Source of the DNA: Bacillales bacterium
Lineage (GTDB): Bacteria > Bacillota > Bacilli > Alicyclobacillales > SLC66
DNA: 64,000 nt
Direction: 5' to 3'
Assembly: GCA_027343965.1 (NCBI GenBank)
Contig: DAHWJX010000085.1
Span: forward strand, 997-64,996
This document shows, in pieces, positions 17,853-27,316 of the stretch. The stretch's first letter is position 1, and every line of letters starts with the position of its first letter. Under the pieces are notes generated by a model that was given only the letters and a program-made list of their open reading frames with translations, was not told where the DNA came from and did no database searches. The position numbers and the translations under genes are program-made.

Positions 17853-19142
17853 GTGGAACGATTGGTTATCCGGGGAGGTCGGCCATTAGAAGGTTCTACC
17901 CGGATTCACGGGGCGAAAAATGCGGCTTTACCGATTTTGGCTGCCGTGACCATGGCGGACGGCGAGACGGTGATTCGCGATGTTCCTAACCTCGATGATA
18001 TTCGGGTGATGCTCGATATCCTGCGCTCCATTGGGGCGCGCGTTCATTATGCGGATCGCGTGGTGACCGTTGATCCTACTGGGATTTGTACAACAGACGT
18101 TCCTGAACATTTGATGCGTATGATGAGGTCCTCGGTATTTCTGATGGGGCCGCTTTTAGCGCGCTTTGGTAATGTGCGGGTCTCAAAACCCGGTGGATGT
18201 TCGATCGGAACGAGACCCATCGATTTTCATGTTAAAGGACTTGCCATGCTTGGCGCAGACATTATCGATCGTCATGGCTACATTGAATGTCTATCCACGC
18301 GATTACAGGGCACGACGATTTTTCTTGACTTTCCAAGTGTTGGTGCCACAGAGAATCTGATGATGGCAGCTAGTCTGGCGCAAGGAGAAACAGTCATCGG
18401 CAATGCTGCACGCGAGCCGGAAATTAGAGATTTGGCGCTCTTTTTGCAAAAGATGGGTGCTCACATTGAAGGCGCCGGTGAAGATACCATTGTCATCCAC
18501 GGTGTTGAACGTCTGCATGGGTGTGACTTTCGCGTATCACCTGATCGCGTGGTGGCAGGAACAATGATGATTGCAGGGGCGATCACGAAAGGGCATATCC
18601 AGTTGGAGAATGCTCGATCATCGGATTTGGCCGCAGTGATTATGAAATTGCGCGAAGCAGGTGTTCATGTCACGGCAGGAAATGATATAATTGAAGTCAA
18701 ACAAACAGGGACACTGCGTGCTGTCGATCGCGTTCAAACTGCGCCGTTTCCTGGTTTTCCCACTGATTTGCAAGCACCATTTATGTCCTTGTTAACACTG
18801 GCTAAGGGAACCAGCATTATCTCAGAAACGATCTTTGAAGATCGATTTCAACATGTTAGTGAATTGCAACGTATGGGGGCAGCGATCAAGGTGGATTTGC
18901 GCACTGCCTTCATTAAAGGTGTCCGTGAATTATCCGGAGCCATGGTCGAAGCAACCGATTTGCGAGCGGGTGCAGCTCTCGTGTTGGCGGGGCTCAGCGC
19001 ACAAGGTACCACGATCGTCGATCGGGTCTACCATGTTGATCGTGGCTATGAATCACTTGAAACGCAGTTGCACGAACTTGGGGCGAACATCAGGCGGTTG
19101 CGCGATCAGCCCCATGCTGATATTGCTGTGGCTGAGGTTTGA
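17853..19142 (+). CDS. murA: UDP-N-acetylglucosamine 1-carboxyvinyltransferase MurA
   Basis: GTG 17853 with GGAGGTG 6 nt upstream. LVIRGGRPLEGSTRIHGAKNAALPILAA, and an active-site loop PGGCSIGTRPID. Confidence 0.92.
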   Translation: MERLVIRGGRPLEGSTRIHGAKNAALPILAAVTMADGETVIRDVPNLDDIRVMLDILRSIGARVHYADRVVTVDPTGICTTDVPEHLMRMMRSSVFLMGPLLARFGNVRVSKPGGCSIGTRPIDFHVKGLAMLGADIIDRHGYIECLSTRLQGTTIFLDFPSVGATENLMMAASLAQGETVIGNAAREPEIRDLALFLQKMGAHIEGAGEDTIVIHGVERLHGCDFRVSPDRVVAGTMMIAGAITKGHIQLENARSSDLAAVIMKLREAGVHVTAGNDIIEVKQTGTLRAVDRVQTAPFPGFPTDLQAPFMSLLTLAKGTSIISETIFEDRFQHVSELQRMGAAIKVDLRTAFIKGVRELSGAMVEATDLRAGAALVLAGLSAQGTTIVDRVYHVDRGYESLETQLHELGANIRRLRDQPHADIAVAEV

Positions 19143-19217
19143 TGGTTAACTCGATGACAGCCCTTGCGACTGCTATTCGCGGGGGCATCGTTGTTTTTAT
19201 AGGAGGTTTTTCGTGTC

Positions 19218-19976
19218 GTGCTAGCGCATACGCCTGAAGGGGCGCATAAACGGCGCATTGTTTTTAGCGTTTTTGTGATTATTTTTTTTCTGTTTATATC
19301 TTTCGTTGTGTATATTCGTTCCCCACTGGCACGTGTTCAAAAAATTACTGTTTCCGGCGCCAAAGATATTAATGCCTCCTTTATTCTGCACGCTACAGGG
19401 ATTGCGGTCGGCCAAAATTTGTTTGTGTTGTCTCCTTCTGACGCAAAGCATCGTTTGCTATCTGATTTTCCTATCCTGCAACATGCGGTGATTACCCGCG
19501 ATTTTTGGACTCAATCTGTGTCCATTCGATTAACTGAGCGCACCATTGCTGGTATCTTGGTGTCCGGTGGAAATCTTTATGAGGTTTTAGCCGATGGCAC
19601 CATCTTGACTCAAGACCCAGCTGGATATGGTGTCAATCGCCCACTAATCACGACATCAGATCCCATTGCCGTGGGCTTAGGTGTGCGGCTTACTGATCCA
19701 TCTTTAATCGCCGTTTGTAACCAACTGCCGTTTATCCCTGGAAATGATCTCACACAACTATCCGAGTTGCATGTGATGATGTATGAGGGCCATCCTTCCA
19801 TCTTGGCTTTTACTAAAGATCAATTTGAAATCAGAATGTCGATTCACCATATCGCGTCTTCTCTTGCGCTTTATGATGCTATCCATCAGCGACTAATCAA
19901 TCAACATGCGGCACCAGGTCTGATCAATCTTTTAGGTGGTGGACTTGGCGTCTATCAACCGTTTAGACATCCATAA
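19218..19976 (+). CDS. divIB: Cell division protein DivIB/FtsQ (POTRA domain)
   Basis: AGGAGG RBS. One TM, then a POTRA-like segment (VQKITVSGAKDINASFILHATG). Located between the mur genes and ftsA. Confidence 0.8.
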   Translation: MLAHTPEGAHKRRIVFSVFVIIFFLFISFVVYIRSPLARVQKITVSGAKDINASFILHATGIAVGQNLFVLSPSDAKHRLLSDFPILQHAVITRDFWTQSVSIRLTERTIAGILVSGGNLYEVLADGTILTQDPAGYGVNRPLITTSDPIAVGLGVRLTDPSLIAVCNQLPFIPGNDLTQLSELHVMMYEGHPSILAFTKDQFEIRMSIHHIASSLALYDAIHQRLINQHAAPGLINLLGGGLGVYQPFRHP

Positions 19977-19990
19977 AAGGACGTGTTTGG

Positions 19991-20728
19991 ATGCGTTTAA
20001 CAAAAAATATCGTGGCGTGGACGATTGTGTCAGCTGTTGTCGGGATTATGATGTCCGTGCAATACCACGATGTGCTTCTTGGGGGAGCTGCGATTTGGTC
20101 TTCTTTACCCGATGTCGCAGGTGTTCATGCACGCTTAGAAGCCGTAACTGACTACAATACCAGCTTATCTCATGAAATTTCACATATGGACTCCTTGATT
20201 GTTCGACTGCAAAACAACGCTTTACGCAAAGGCGGCTCTGTGGCAGAGATGCAGCGGCAGATTAATGCTGCTAAGGTACTGAGTGGCTCGGCCAAAGTCA
20301 TTGGCGAAGGGGTTACCGTAACGATTAGCGACGGTCAGATACGTGGAGCCAATTTGCAACAGTTTCTTACACATGACTGGGATCTTCGCTCGGTGGTCAA
20401 TGAATTGTTTGCAGCAGGCGCGCAGGCTGTTGCTGTGAATCAGGCGCGTATAACGGCCACCACAGCAATTTTTTGTGTTGGTCCCGTGGTTAATGTCGGT
20501 GGGCAACGTTTAGGGTCTCCCTTTGTCGTACAAGCGATTGGTAATCCAAGCGTACTTTTTGCCGCACTTTCTTTACCTGGTGGCGTGCTTAATGTACTAA
20601 AAGAAGTCAATCGTGGGCTCGACATTTCTACACCGATCATGAAAAGGAGGTTGGTCTTGCCGGCTTATGAAACGCCGATAACGCCTATGACGGTGGGGGG
20701 GAATGCCTTATCAGCAACAACAAAATGA
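19991..20728 (+). CDS. DUF881-family division/sporulation-associated membrane protein (YlxW-like)
   Basis: N-terminal TM, then GEGVTVTISD...DLRSVVNELFAAGAQAVAVNQARI, typical of DUF881. Same position as B. subtilis ylxW. Confidence 0.8.
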   Translation: MRLTKNIVAWTIVSAVVGIMMSVQYHDVLLGGAAIWSSLPDVAGVHARLEAVTDYNTSLSHEISHMDSLIVRLQNNALRKGGSVAEMQRQINAAKVLSGSAKVIGEGVTVTISDGQIRGANLQQFLTHDWDLRSVVNELFAAGAQAVAVNQARITATTAIFCVGPVVNVGGQRLGSPFVVQAIGNPSVLFAALSLPGGVLNVLKEVNRGLDISTPIMKRRLVLPAYETPITPMTVGGNALSATTK

Positions 20729-21465
20729 AACGTCGACAGGTTATAACGGGACTGGCAGTCACTCTTGTTTTAGGACTTATGCTTGGTTTAGAAACACACA
20801 TTGATCATACGACGTCGAGCAATTCCATGGGGTCTTATCTAGCACAAAGTCAGGCGCTGACGACAGCTATGCAATTGTCACCGAAACTTCAAAGGAGACT
20901 AGCGCAGGATGAAAAGCAGTTGCAGGCATTACAAGCCACTGCGTCGAATGTATCTCATGGATTGGCCATGATGCGTCAAGAATTAGTGTCCTTGCAAAAA
21001 AGTGCCGGCTTGACCTCATTACAGGGTCCAGGACTCGTGATCACGATCAATTACGATCCTAACTTGCCTGTGATTCCTTCCTTGCGCTACGTCGATGAAG
21101 CACAGCAATTGCAAATGGTGATCAATTTATTGGCTGCAAGTGGTGCCAAAGGTTTTGCGATCAATGGGCAACGGCTTGTCACAACGACGGCGATTCGTTC
21201 AGTAAATGGTTTGTCTGCACCTGCAGGACCATTTTCAGGTACGGTGCAAGTTGGGGGGGTTCCTATACAGGCTCCTTACACGATCCGTGTCGTGGGGCCA
21301 GTGCAAAGTTTGAACAATATGCTTCAAGTCGAGGCAATCGCCCAACAATTTGCTATTCTTGATCAATCTTTTATTGTGCATGCCTATCGGCAATATAATG
21401 GTGTCTCTTTGCCTGCCTACGATGGTGCGTTGCCTTTTTCGTACATCACGGAGGTGGGGGCGTAA
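20725..21465 (+). CDS. DUF881-family protein (YlxX-like), paralog of the preceding gene
   Basis: GPGLVITINYD...LQMVINLLAASGAKGFAINGQRL. 4-nt overlap with the upstream gene. Confidence 0.8.
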   Translation: MKRRQVITGLAVTLVLGLMLGLETHIDHTTSSNSMGSYLAQSQALTTAMQLSPKLQRRLAQDEKQLQALQATASNVSHGLAMMRQELVSLQKSAGLTSLQGPGLVITINYDPNLPVIPSLRYVDEAQQLQMVINLLAASGAKGFAINGQRLVTTTAIRSVNGLSAPAGPFSGTVQVGGVPIQAPYTIRVVGPVQSLNNMLQVEAIAQQFAILDQSFIVHAYRQYNGVSLPAYDGALPFSYITEVGA

Positions 21466-21833
21466 TGGTTTATATTATTCCTGTCGCAGGACTTGTTATA
21501 GGGTTAATGGTTGGTTTATTGATCAATGTTCATCTACCTATTTTATATGGGAGTTATCTCTCTGTGGCTATTTTGGCCGCATTCGACACGGTGTTTGGTG
21601 GATTACGTTCGATGTTGCAAAAGCGATTTGATCATCGGGTTTTTTTATCGGGATTTTTCTTTAACACCTTGTTGGCTGCCTTGCTTGCGTTCATTGGATC
21701 GATCCTTGGCCTTGATTTGACACTAGCTGCGGTCGTAGCTTTTGGTGTGAGGATATTCAACAACTTGGCGGCTATCCGGCATCTTGTCCTTTCTAGGCAA
21801 AAATTTGAATCCCCAAATGATAGAATTTCATGA
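21465..21833 (+). CDS. sbp: Small basic membrane protein Sbp (DUF1290)
   Basis: 122 aa, hydrophobic (AILAAFDTVFGGLRS). ATG overlaps the upstream stop. Position immediately upstream of ftsA. Confidence 0.8.
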   Translation: MVYIIPVAGLVIGLMVGLLINVHLPILYGSYLSVAILAAFDTVFGGLRSMLQKRFDHRVFLSGFFFNTLLAALLAFIGSILGLDLTLAAVVAFGVRIFNNLAAIRHLVLSRQKFESPNDRIS

Positions 21834-21901
21834 TAAGATAGATTGGTGTACTTTGTACAGGTAGAAAAATGGAAGTTTAGTGGAGAAGGGAGTGCCCCTC
21901 C

Positions 21902-23128
21902 TTGACCAAGGGAGATATCGTTGTTGGGTTAGATATAGGCACGTCAGTTGTACGAACGATTATTGGCGAACTTGATGGTCAAAACGTGAATATCATCGGC
22001 GTTGGAACGGCAAAAAGCGAAGGCATTAAAAAAGGTGCCATCATTGACATCGATGCTACAGTGTCAGCGATTAAAGCGTCCATTGGTCATGCCGAACGTA
22101 TGGTCGGCATCACGATTCATGCGGCCTATGTTGGAGTATCAGGCGCTCACATTGCGCTTCAACCTAGTCACGGCATCGTTGCTGTATCTTCCACAGATCG
22201 AGAGATTGGCGATGAAGATGTTGAACGCGTGATTGCGGCTGCCAGAGTGCTGAATCTCCCTGCAGAAAGAGAGATTATCGATGTGGTCCCGCGAGCGTTT
22301 ACGGTAGACGGATTAACGGATGTCACGGATCCTCGAGGCATGATAGGTGTTCGCCTTGAGGTGGATAGCTATGTGGTGACTGGTTCTCGTACGGTTTTAC
22401 ACAATCTTATGCGATGCGTTGAACGTGCTGGTATCGAGGTAGCAGGTACGATTTTGTTGCCGCTTGCCGCTGCGGACATGGTGTTATCGGCTGACGAGAA
22501 AAAACTTGGTGTAGTTTTAGCTGATGTTGGCGCAGGATCTGTTATTGTATCGGTTTTTCAAAATGGCGTTTTAGAGCAACTGGATTCTGTTCCTATCGGT
22601 GGTGACAGTGTTACGTATGACGTTACCGTCGGCCTTCAGTGTGGAACGGAGGCTGCAGAAGCGGCGAAACAGCGACATGGTGTTGCTGATGTTTCCTTGG
22701 CGCGGGAAGAGGAAAAGTTCAAAATACAGCGAATAGGTAATAGTATGGATAAAGAGTTTACTGCTGTCGAACTCGGCCATATTATTGAACCACGTATGCG
22801 TGAGATTTTTGCTTTAGTTCGTGATCGAGTGGAACGCATGGGATATGGTAAAGGATTGCCAAGCGGATACGTTCTGACAGGTGGCGGTATGCTGCTAAAG
22901 GGTGCGGACAAGCTGGCGCAAGAAGAACTTCTGGCTCCAGTGCGTATTGCGGCTCCAGACTATGTGGGTGTGCGTGATCCATCCTATGTTGGGTGTGTTG
23001 GCATGATCAAATATGTTTCGCGGTTTTATAGTCGCAGCGCAGCCGCTGCAACGGCGCCAGTGAAACGTGCGCGAGCGCAGGGGAGCGCCTTATCACGGAT
23101 CAAAGGATGGTTTCAGGATTTTATTTAA
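21902..23128 (+). CDS. ftsA: Cell division protein FtsA
   Basis: TTG start. VVGLDIGTSVVRTIIGE actin-like phosphate-1 motif. 408 aa. Upstream of ftsZ. Confidence 0.93.
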   Translation: MTKGDIVVGLDIGTSVVRTIIGELDGQNVNIIGVGTAKSEGIKKGAIIDIDATVSAIKASIGHAERMVGITIHAAYVGVSGAHIALQPSHGIVAVSSTDREIGDEDVERVIAAARVLNLPAEREIIDVVPRAFTVDGLTDVTDPRGMIGVRLEVDSYVVTGSRTVLHNLMRCVERAGIEVAGTILLPLAAADMVLSADEKKLGVVLADVGAGSVIVSVFQNGVLEQLDSVPIGGDSVTYDVTVGLQCGTEAAEAAKQRHGVADVSLAREEEKFKIQRIGNSMDKEFTAVELGHIIEPRMREIFALVRDRVERMGYGKGLPSGYVLTGGGMLLKGADKLAQEELLAPVRIAAPDYVGVRDPSYVGCVGMIKYVSRFYSRSAAAATAPVKRARAQGSALSRIKGWFQDFI

Positions 23129-23177
23129 TGATCCTAGTCTTCGTGGAGTGTTGATATAGCGTCAAGGAGGACGTGGC

Positions 23178-24251
23178 ATGTTGGAGTTTGATTTTGAAAT
23201 GGAATCGCTCGCGCACATCAAGGTGATTGGTGTCGGTGGGGGAGGCTGTAATGCAGTCAATCGAATGATTGAAGCCGGCGTGCGCAATGTTGATTTCATT
23301 GCTGTCAACACCGATGCACAGGCACTGCATTTGTCTAAAGCGGCGGATCGTATTCAGATCGGTGAAAAATTGACGCGTGGTCTAGGTGCGGGTGCTAATC
23401 CCGATATCGGTAAAAGAGCAGCAGAAGAGAGTCGCGAACTTGTCATGAATGCGCTTCGTGGTGCCGACATGGTCTTTGTGACAGCGGGAATGGGTGGCGG
23501 AACAGGAACAGGCGCCGCACCGGTTATTGCGGAAATCGCGAAGGAACTTGGAGCGTTAACCGTAGGTGTCGTGACAAAGCCTTTTACGTTTGAGGGTCGC
23601 CGCCGCCTTAATCAGGCTGATGGCGGGATTGCTTCGTTGAAGGAGAAAGTTGATACATTGATCGTGATTCCTAACGATCGGCTTTTAGAAATCGTCGAAA
23701 AAAATACACCGATGCTTGAAGCGTTCCGTGAGGCGGACAACGTATTGCGTCAAGGTGTATCCGGTATTTCTGACTTAATTGCAGAAACTGGATTGATCAA
23801 CGTTGATTTTGCTGATGTGAAGGCGATTATGATGGAACGCGGTAGCGCCTTGATGGGTATCGGGGTAGCTTCGGGTGAGAAACGTGCTGCTGAAGCGGCG
23901 CAAAAGGCTATCCGTAGCCCATTGCTTGATACGCCCATTGATGGCGCGCGCGGTGTACTTATTCATGTGGCAGGTGGCGAAAACCTGACGTTGTTTGAAG
24001 CACATGAAGCGGCCAATATCGTAGCTGAAGCTGCTGATCCGGATGTTAACTTTATCTTTGGCGCTGTCATCAAACCTGACCTTAAAGATGAACTGATCGT
24101 TACGGTGATTGCGACAGGCTTCGAACATCGTGCAGGTACTTCCACCCCCAAATCCATCACCCACAAGACAGATGTAAAGACTACTGACCTTTCTTCGGAC
24201 AACTTGGACATTCCTACCTTTCTACGTAATCGCGCTAATCCTCGCTCATAA
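23178..24251 (+). CDS. ftsZ: Cell division GTPase FtsZ
   Basis: [17 protein letters not shown] and the [13 protein letters not shown] tubulin signature. Confidence 0.97.
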   Translation: MLEFDFEMESLAHIKVIGVGGGGCNAVNRMIEAGVRNVDFIAVNTDAQALHLSKAADRIQIGEKLTRGLGAGANPDIGKRAAEESRELVMNALRGADMVFVTAGMGGGTGTGAAPVIAEIAKELGALTVGVVTKPFTFEGRRRLNQADGGIASLKEKVDTLIVIPNDRLLEIVEKNTPMLEAFREADNVLRQGVSGISDLIAETGLINVDFADVKAIMMERGSALMGIGVASGEKRAAEAAQKAIRSPLLDTPIDGARGVLIHVAGGENLTLFEAHEAANIVAEAADPDVNFIFGAVIKPDLKDELIVTVIATGFEHRAGTSTPKSITHKTDVKTTDLSSDNLDIPTFLRNRANPRS

Positions 24252-24280
24252 GTTGACGTGATTTTCGCGGTACCATCATA

Positions 24281-24309
24281 ACGGGTCCTTTTCGGACTCG
24301 TTTTTTTTG
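24281..24309 (+). terminator. Rho-independent terminator after ftsZ
   Basis: 8-bp stem acgggtcc / ggactcgt (one G-U pair), loop ttttc, followed by T8. Confidence 0.75.
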
Positions 24310-24373
24310 TCGATTCTTTTGCCGTGAAAGTACGCAAGTTCTGACAAACTTTGCAATATACATGTACTATACT
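24308..24373 (+). promoter_or_regulatory. Candidate spoIIG-type promoter: CTGACA -35-like, 21-nt spacer, TATACT -10, with 0A-box-like heptamers
   Basis: CTGACA at 24341-24346 and TATACT at 24368-24373. TGTCGAT (6/7 match to TGTCGAA) at 24308-24314. A reverse-strand TGTCAGA overlaps the -35. Confidence 0.4.
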
Positions 24374-24403
24374 ACGAGCAAATCCCCAGGAAGGGGTTGT
24401 CCC

Positions 24404-25429
24404 GTGGTTGTCTATGTGGATGTGGCCTTTGCTATCAATTTCCTCGTAGATTCTTGTTTGCTTTTCGTCACGGGGTATGTTCTACGCAAACCTGCCCGTT
24501 TTTTGCGTGTGTTTGCCGCGGCTGCTTTTGGATCCTTGTACGCGGTCGCGATGCTGTTTCCGGGGACTGCCATAGCTGATCACTTTGTTGTCAAATGGCT
24601 CGTCTCTGTACTTATGGTACAACTCGCATATTCTTATCGTTTACTTGGCTCATGGTCATTTCGCAAGGTGTTGTCTTTGTTACAAGGTGTTGCGGTCTTT
24701 TATGCAGTGACATTTGCGGCCGGTGGCGCTGTATACGGGTTGCACAATTTATTTTCATCTTCGGGGTCGCTGTTTAGTGGCTTGGCACTTGTTGATGGAA
24801 GAGTCATGTGGTGGTCGAGCATCACAACCTTGTTTATGGTTACAACCTTTCCTGTTGGATTATTCGTTTTACGCGCCTTATGGGTTAAAGTGCAGCATAT
24901 GCGGGAGCAACAAGGAGACCTTTGTGAAGTTATCTTTTGTCTTAGTGGGCAAGAGGTTCGATTGGGCGCACTACTTGATACAGGAAATCGGCTCGTGGAT
25001 CCGATCATGAAACAGCCTGTCGCGGTGGTTGAGTCCGTAAAGGTGGCGGGTTTGCTTCCTACATCATTACGTGCGGCAATTACGGCTGGAAGCGATCCGT
25101 TACAAGCATTGTACAAAAACACCGATGTTGGTGGGATTGAAGATCGCTTGACCATTATCGCTTTTCAAGCTGTAGGAGCAACCACAGGGCACCTTTTAGC
25201 TGTCCGGCCGGATGAGGCGTGGGTCGTGCAACACGGGGAGAAGCGGTCGATCATGCCAATATGGATGGCACTGCAAAACAGTACCTTGTCGCGTTCCGGA
25301 CGTTATCACTCGATTCTTCCCGCAGAAGTGGCTTGTTCTGAAGTTGTATTGGAAGGGAGAGAAGACGTTGTTCATGCCCGTTCGGATTCGTCTCAAAATG
25401 CGGTTGCTCATTCTTCGCATTCTGCTTAA
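24404..25429 (+). CDS. spoIIGA: Sigma-E processing peptidase SpoIIGA
   Basis: GTG 24404 after [25 protein letters not shown]-terminus, 5 TM helices, LLDTGN aspartic-protease motif. Upstream of sigE. Confidence 0.88.
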   Translation: MVVYVDVAFAINFLVDSCLLFVTGYVLRKPARFLRVFAAAAFGSLYAVAMLFPGTAIADHFVVKWLVSVLMVQLAYSYRLLGSWSFRKVLSLLQGVAVFYAVTFAAGGAVYGLHNLFSSSGSLFSGLALVDGRVMWWSSITTLFMVTTFPVGLFVLRALWVKVQHMREQQGDLCEVIFCLSGQEVRLGALLDTGNRLVDPIMKQPVAVVESVKVAGLLPTSLRAAITAGSDPLQALYKNTDVGGIEDRLTIIAFQAVGATTGHLLAVRPDEAWVVQHGEKRSIMPIWMALQNSTLSRSGRYHSILPAEVACSEVVLEGREDVVHARSDSSQNAVAHSSHSA

Positions 25430-26096
25430 ATTTCAGGTTGACAAAGATACGATCTATTACGTTGGTGGAAGTGAGGCATTGCCTCCGCCGTTGACGCGTG
25501 AGGAAGAGGAATACTTATTGGCACGGTTGCCTCAAGGTGATGAGGCGGTTCGTGCACTGCTTATCGAGAGAAATTTGCGTCTTGTAGTCTATATCGCCCG
25601 TAAATTTGAAAACACGGGTATTTACATTGAAGACCTTGTTTCCATCGGTACGATTGGTCTTATTAAGGCTGTCAATACATTTGATACCGAAAAGAAAATA
25701 AAACTTGCAACCTATGCGTCGCGTTGCATTGAAAATGAGATTTTAATGTTTCTTCGTCGTAATAACAAGATTCGTGTTGAAGTGTCTTTTGATGAACCGC
25801 TAAATGTTGATTGGGATGGTAATGAACTTTTGCTTTCTGACGTGTTAGGAACGGACGGCGACACCATTTATCGTGATATCGAGGATGAGGTTGATCGGAC
25901 TTTACTCTATGGGGCGTTAGATAAATTATCGGATCGTGAGAGACGGATCATGGAGTTGCGGTTTGGTCTATCAGGAAGACAGGAAATGACGCAAAAGGAT
26001 GTGGCGGATCTATTAGGAATCTCGCAATCTTATATTTCACGACTAGAGAAGAGAATTATCAAGCGCTTGCGCAAAGAGTTTAACAAGATGATGTGA
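25374..26096 (+). CDS. sigE: Sporulation sigma factor SigE (pro-sigma-E)
   Basis: ATG 25374 after GGAAGGGAGAGAAG gives a 27-aa pro-sequence before [32 protein letters not shown] and [21 protein letters not shown]. Confidence 0.92.
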   Translation: MPVRIRLKMRLLILRILLKFQVDKDTIYYVGGSEALPPPLTREEEEYLLARLPQGDEAVRALLIERNLRLVVYIARKFENTGIYIEDLVSIGTIGLIKAVNTFDTEKKIKLATYASRCIENEILMFLRRNNKIRVEVSFDEPLNVDWDGNELLLSDVLGTDGDTIYRDIEDEVDRTLLYGALDKLSDRERRIMELRFGLSGRQEMTQKDVADLLGISQSYISRLEKRIIKRLRKEFNKMM

Positions 26097-26098
26097 CT

Positions 26099-26127
26099 GC
26101 ATAATTCTCCATGGCGGGGACATACTG
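26099..26127 (+). promoter_or_regulatory. Forespore (sigma-F/G-type) promoter candidate for sigG
   Basis: GCATA (26099-26103), a 17-nt spacer, then CATACTG (26121-26127), compared with the sigma-G consensus GHATR-N17/18-CATXHTA. Confidence 0.5.
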
Positions 26128-26167
26128 GTACTCGAATTGAACCCGTTGCTCGCCTGGAGGGACCAAC

Positions 26168-26944
26168 TTGAAACGCAATAAAGTCGAGATCTGCGGTGTC
26201 AATACCTCTCAATTGCCTGTACTGACAAACATAGAAATGAGAGATTTGTTTGTCCGTTTGCAAAGCGGTGAGCGCTTTGCGCGTGAAAAGCTTGTCAATG
26301 GCAATTTGCGGCTTGTCTTGTCGGTGATCCAGCGTTTTAATAATCGCGGTGAATTCGTGGATGATCTGTTTCAGGTAGGGTGTATTGGCTTGATGAAGGC
26401 AATTGACAACTTTGATTTAAGTCAAAATGTGAAGTTTTCTACCTATGCTGTGCCAATGGTTATCGGAGAAATCAGACGGTATTTGCGGGACAATAATCCT
26501 ATCCGCGTTAGTCGATCGCTACGCGACATCGCGTATAAGGCGCTTCAAGTACGGGATCAGTTGACAAGTGCAAAGCTTTCTGAACCGACCATCGCCGAAA
26601 TTGCCAAGGCAATGGATGTGCCGAAAGAGGATGTGGTTTTTGCACTTGACGCTATCCAAGATCCGGTCTCACTGTTTGAGCCGATATACCATGATGGCGG
26701 TGATCCGATTTTTGTGATGGATCAGATCAGTGATGATCATAATCAAGATACATCGTGGGTTGAAGAGATAGCTGTTAAAGAGGCGATGCGTCGCTTATCT
26801 GATCGAGAAAAACGGATATTATCCATGCGCTTTTTTGAAGGGAAGACGCAGATGGAAGTGGCTGATGAAATTGGCATTTCCCAAGCGCAAGTATCGCGAT
26901 TAGAGAAGGCAGCCATCGTGCATATGCAAAAGTTTGTCACTTAG
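26168..26944 (+). CDS. sigG: Sporulation sigma factor SigG
   Basis: TTG start. KVEICGVNTSQLPVL, GNLRLVLSVIQRFNNRGE and ISQAQVSRLEK. Follows sigE, as in Bacilli. Confidence 0.92.
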   Translation: MKRNKVEICGVNTSQLPVLTNIEMRDLFVRLQSGERFAREKLVNGNLRLVLSVIQRFNNRGEFVDDLFQVGCIGLMKAIDNFDLSQNVKFSTYAVPMVIGEIRRYLRDNNPIRVSRSLRDIAYKALQVRDQLTSAKLSEPTIAEIAKAMDVPKEDVVFALDAIQDPVSLFEPIYHDGGDPIFVMDQISDDHNQDTSWVEEIAVKEAMRRLSDREKRILSMRFFEGKTQMEVADEIGISQAQVSRLEKAAIVHMQKFVT

Positions 26945-27025
26945 TGGTTATAAGGTGTTCAAGGCGTCATACCCTAATGATATAAGGATTGTCTTTTTAG
27001 TCGCTCCGTAAGGAGGCGAGAGGGT

Positions 27026-27316
27026 ATGAGAGCTTCAGAACTGCAGGCTAAGGATGTCGTCAATCTCGCAGATGGCCGAAAACTCGGCGCGATTGGTGAT
27101 TTGGATATTGATGTTGACAGCGGGCTCATTCGGGCAATGATCATTCCTCCCGTCGGCCGGTTTTTTGGACTTATGGCATCAGGCGAGGAGGTTATTATTG
27201 CCTGGGCGCAGATCGTCAAGGTGGGATCAGATGTTGTTTTGGTTGATTTAAGGCAAGGAGAAGGATCATCTTATTTGCCTCAATCCCGAACAAGTTTTTC
27301 ATCAGGCGGTTATTGA
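27026..27316 (+). CDS. ylmC: PRC-barrel sporulation protein YlmC/YmxH family
   Basis: RASELQAKDVVNLADGRKLGAIGDLDIDVDSGLIRAMII is typical of YlmC/YmxH. AGGAGG RBS. Confidence 0.85.
   Translation: MRASELQAKDVVNLADGRKLGAIGDLDIDVDSGLIRAMIIPPVGRFFGLMASGEEVIIAWAQIVKVGSDVVLVDLRQGEGSSYLPQSRTSFSSGGY

Noticed and set aside
24700-25155. 151-aa ORF antisense to spoIIGA. Similar long antisense ORFs occur at 47703-48221, 53849-54361, 45118-45573, 417-872, 22636-22911 and 23775-24164.
   Set aside because: Each lies opposite a gene with strong, motif-level family identity (SpoIIGA, MFS, Ca-ATPase, PyrD/PyrF, cupredoxin, FtsA, FtsZ). They have no RBS, their composition is low-complexity and Arg/Ser/Cys-rich, and they are typical shadow ORFs.
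25212-25373. N-terminal extensions offered by the ORF track for sigE. The same issue applies to murA 17790, carB 40534, rsmB 61258, rlmN 62696, coaBC 56677, pyrF 45449, rluD 35414, murD 13167 and others.
   Set aside because: The extensions overlap the preceding gene, lack RBSs, and add residues not found in the respective families. Internal starts with GGAGG-like RBSs reproduce the canonical N-termini.
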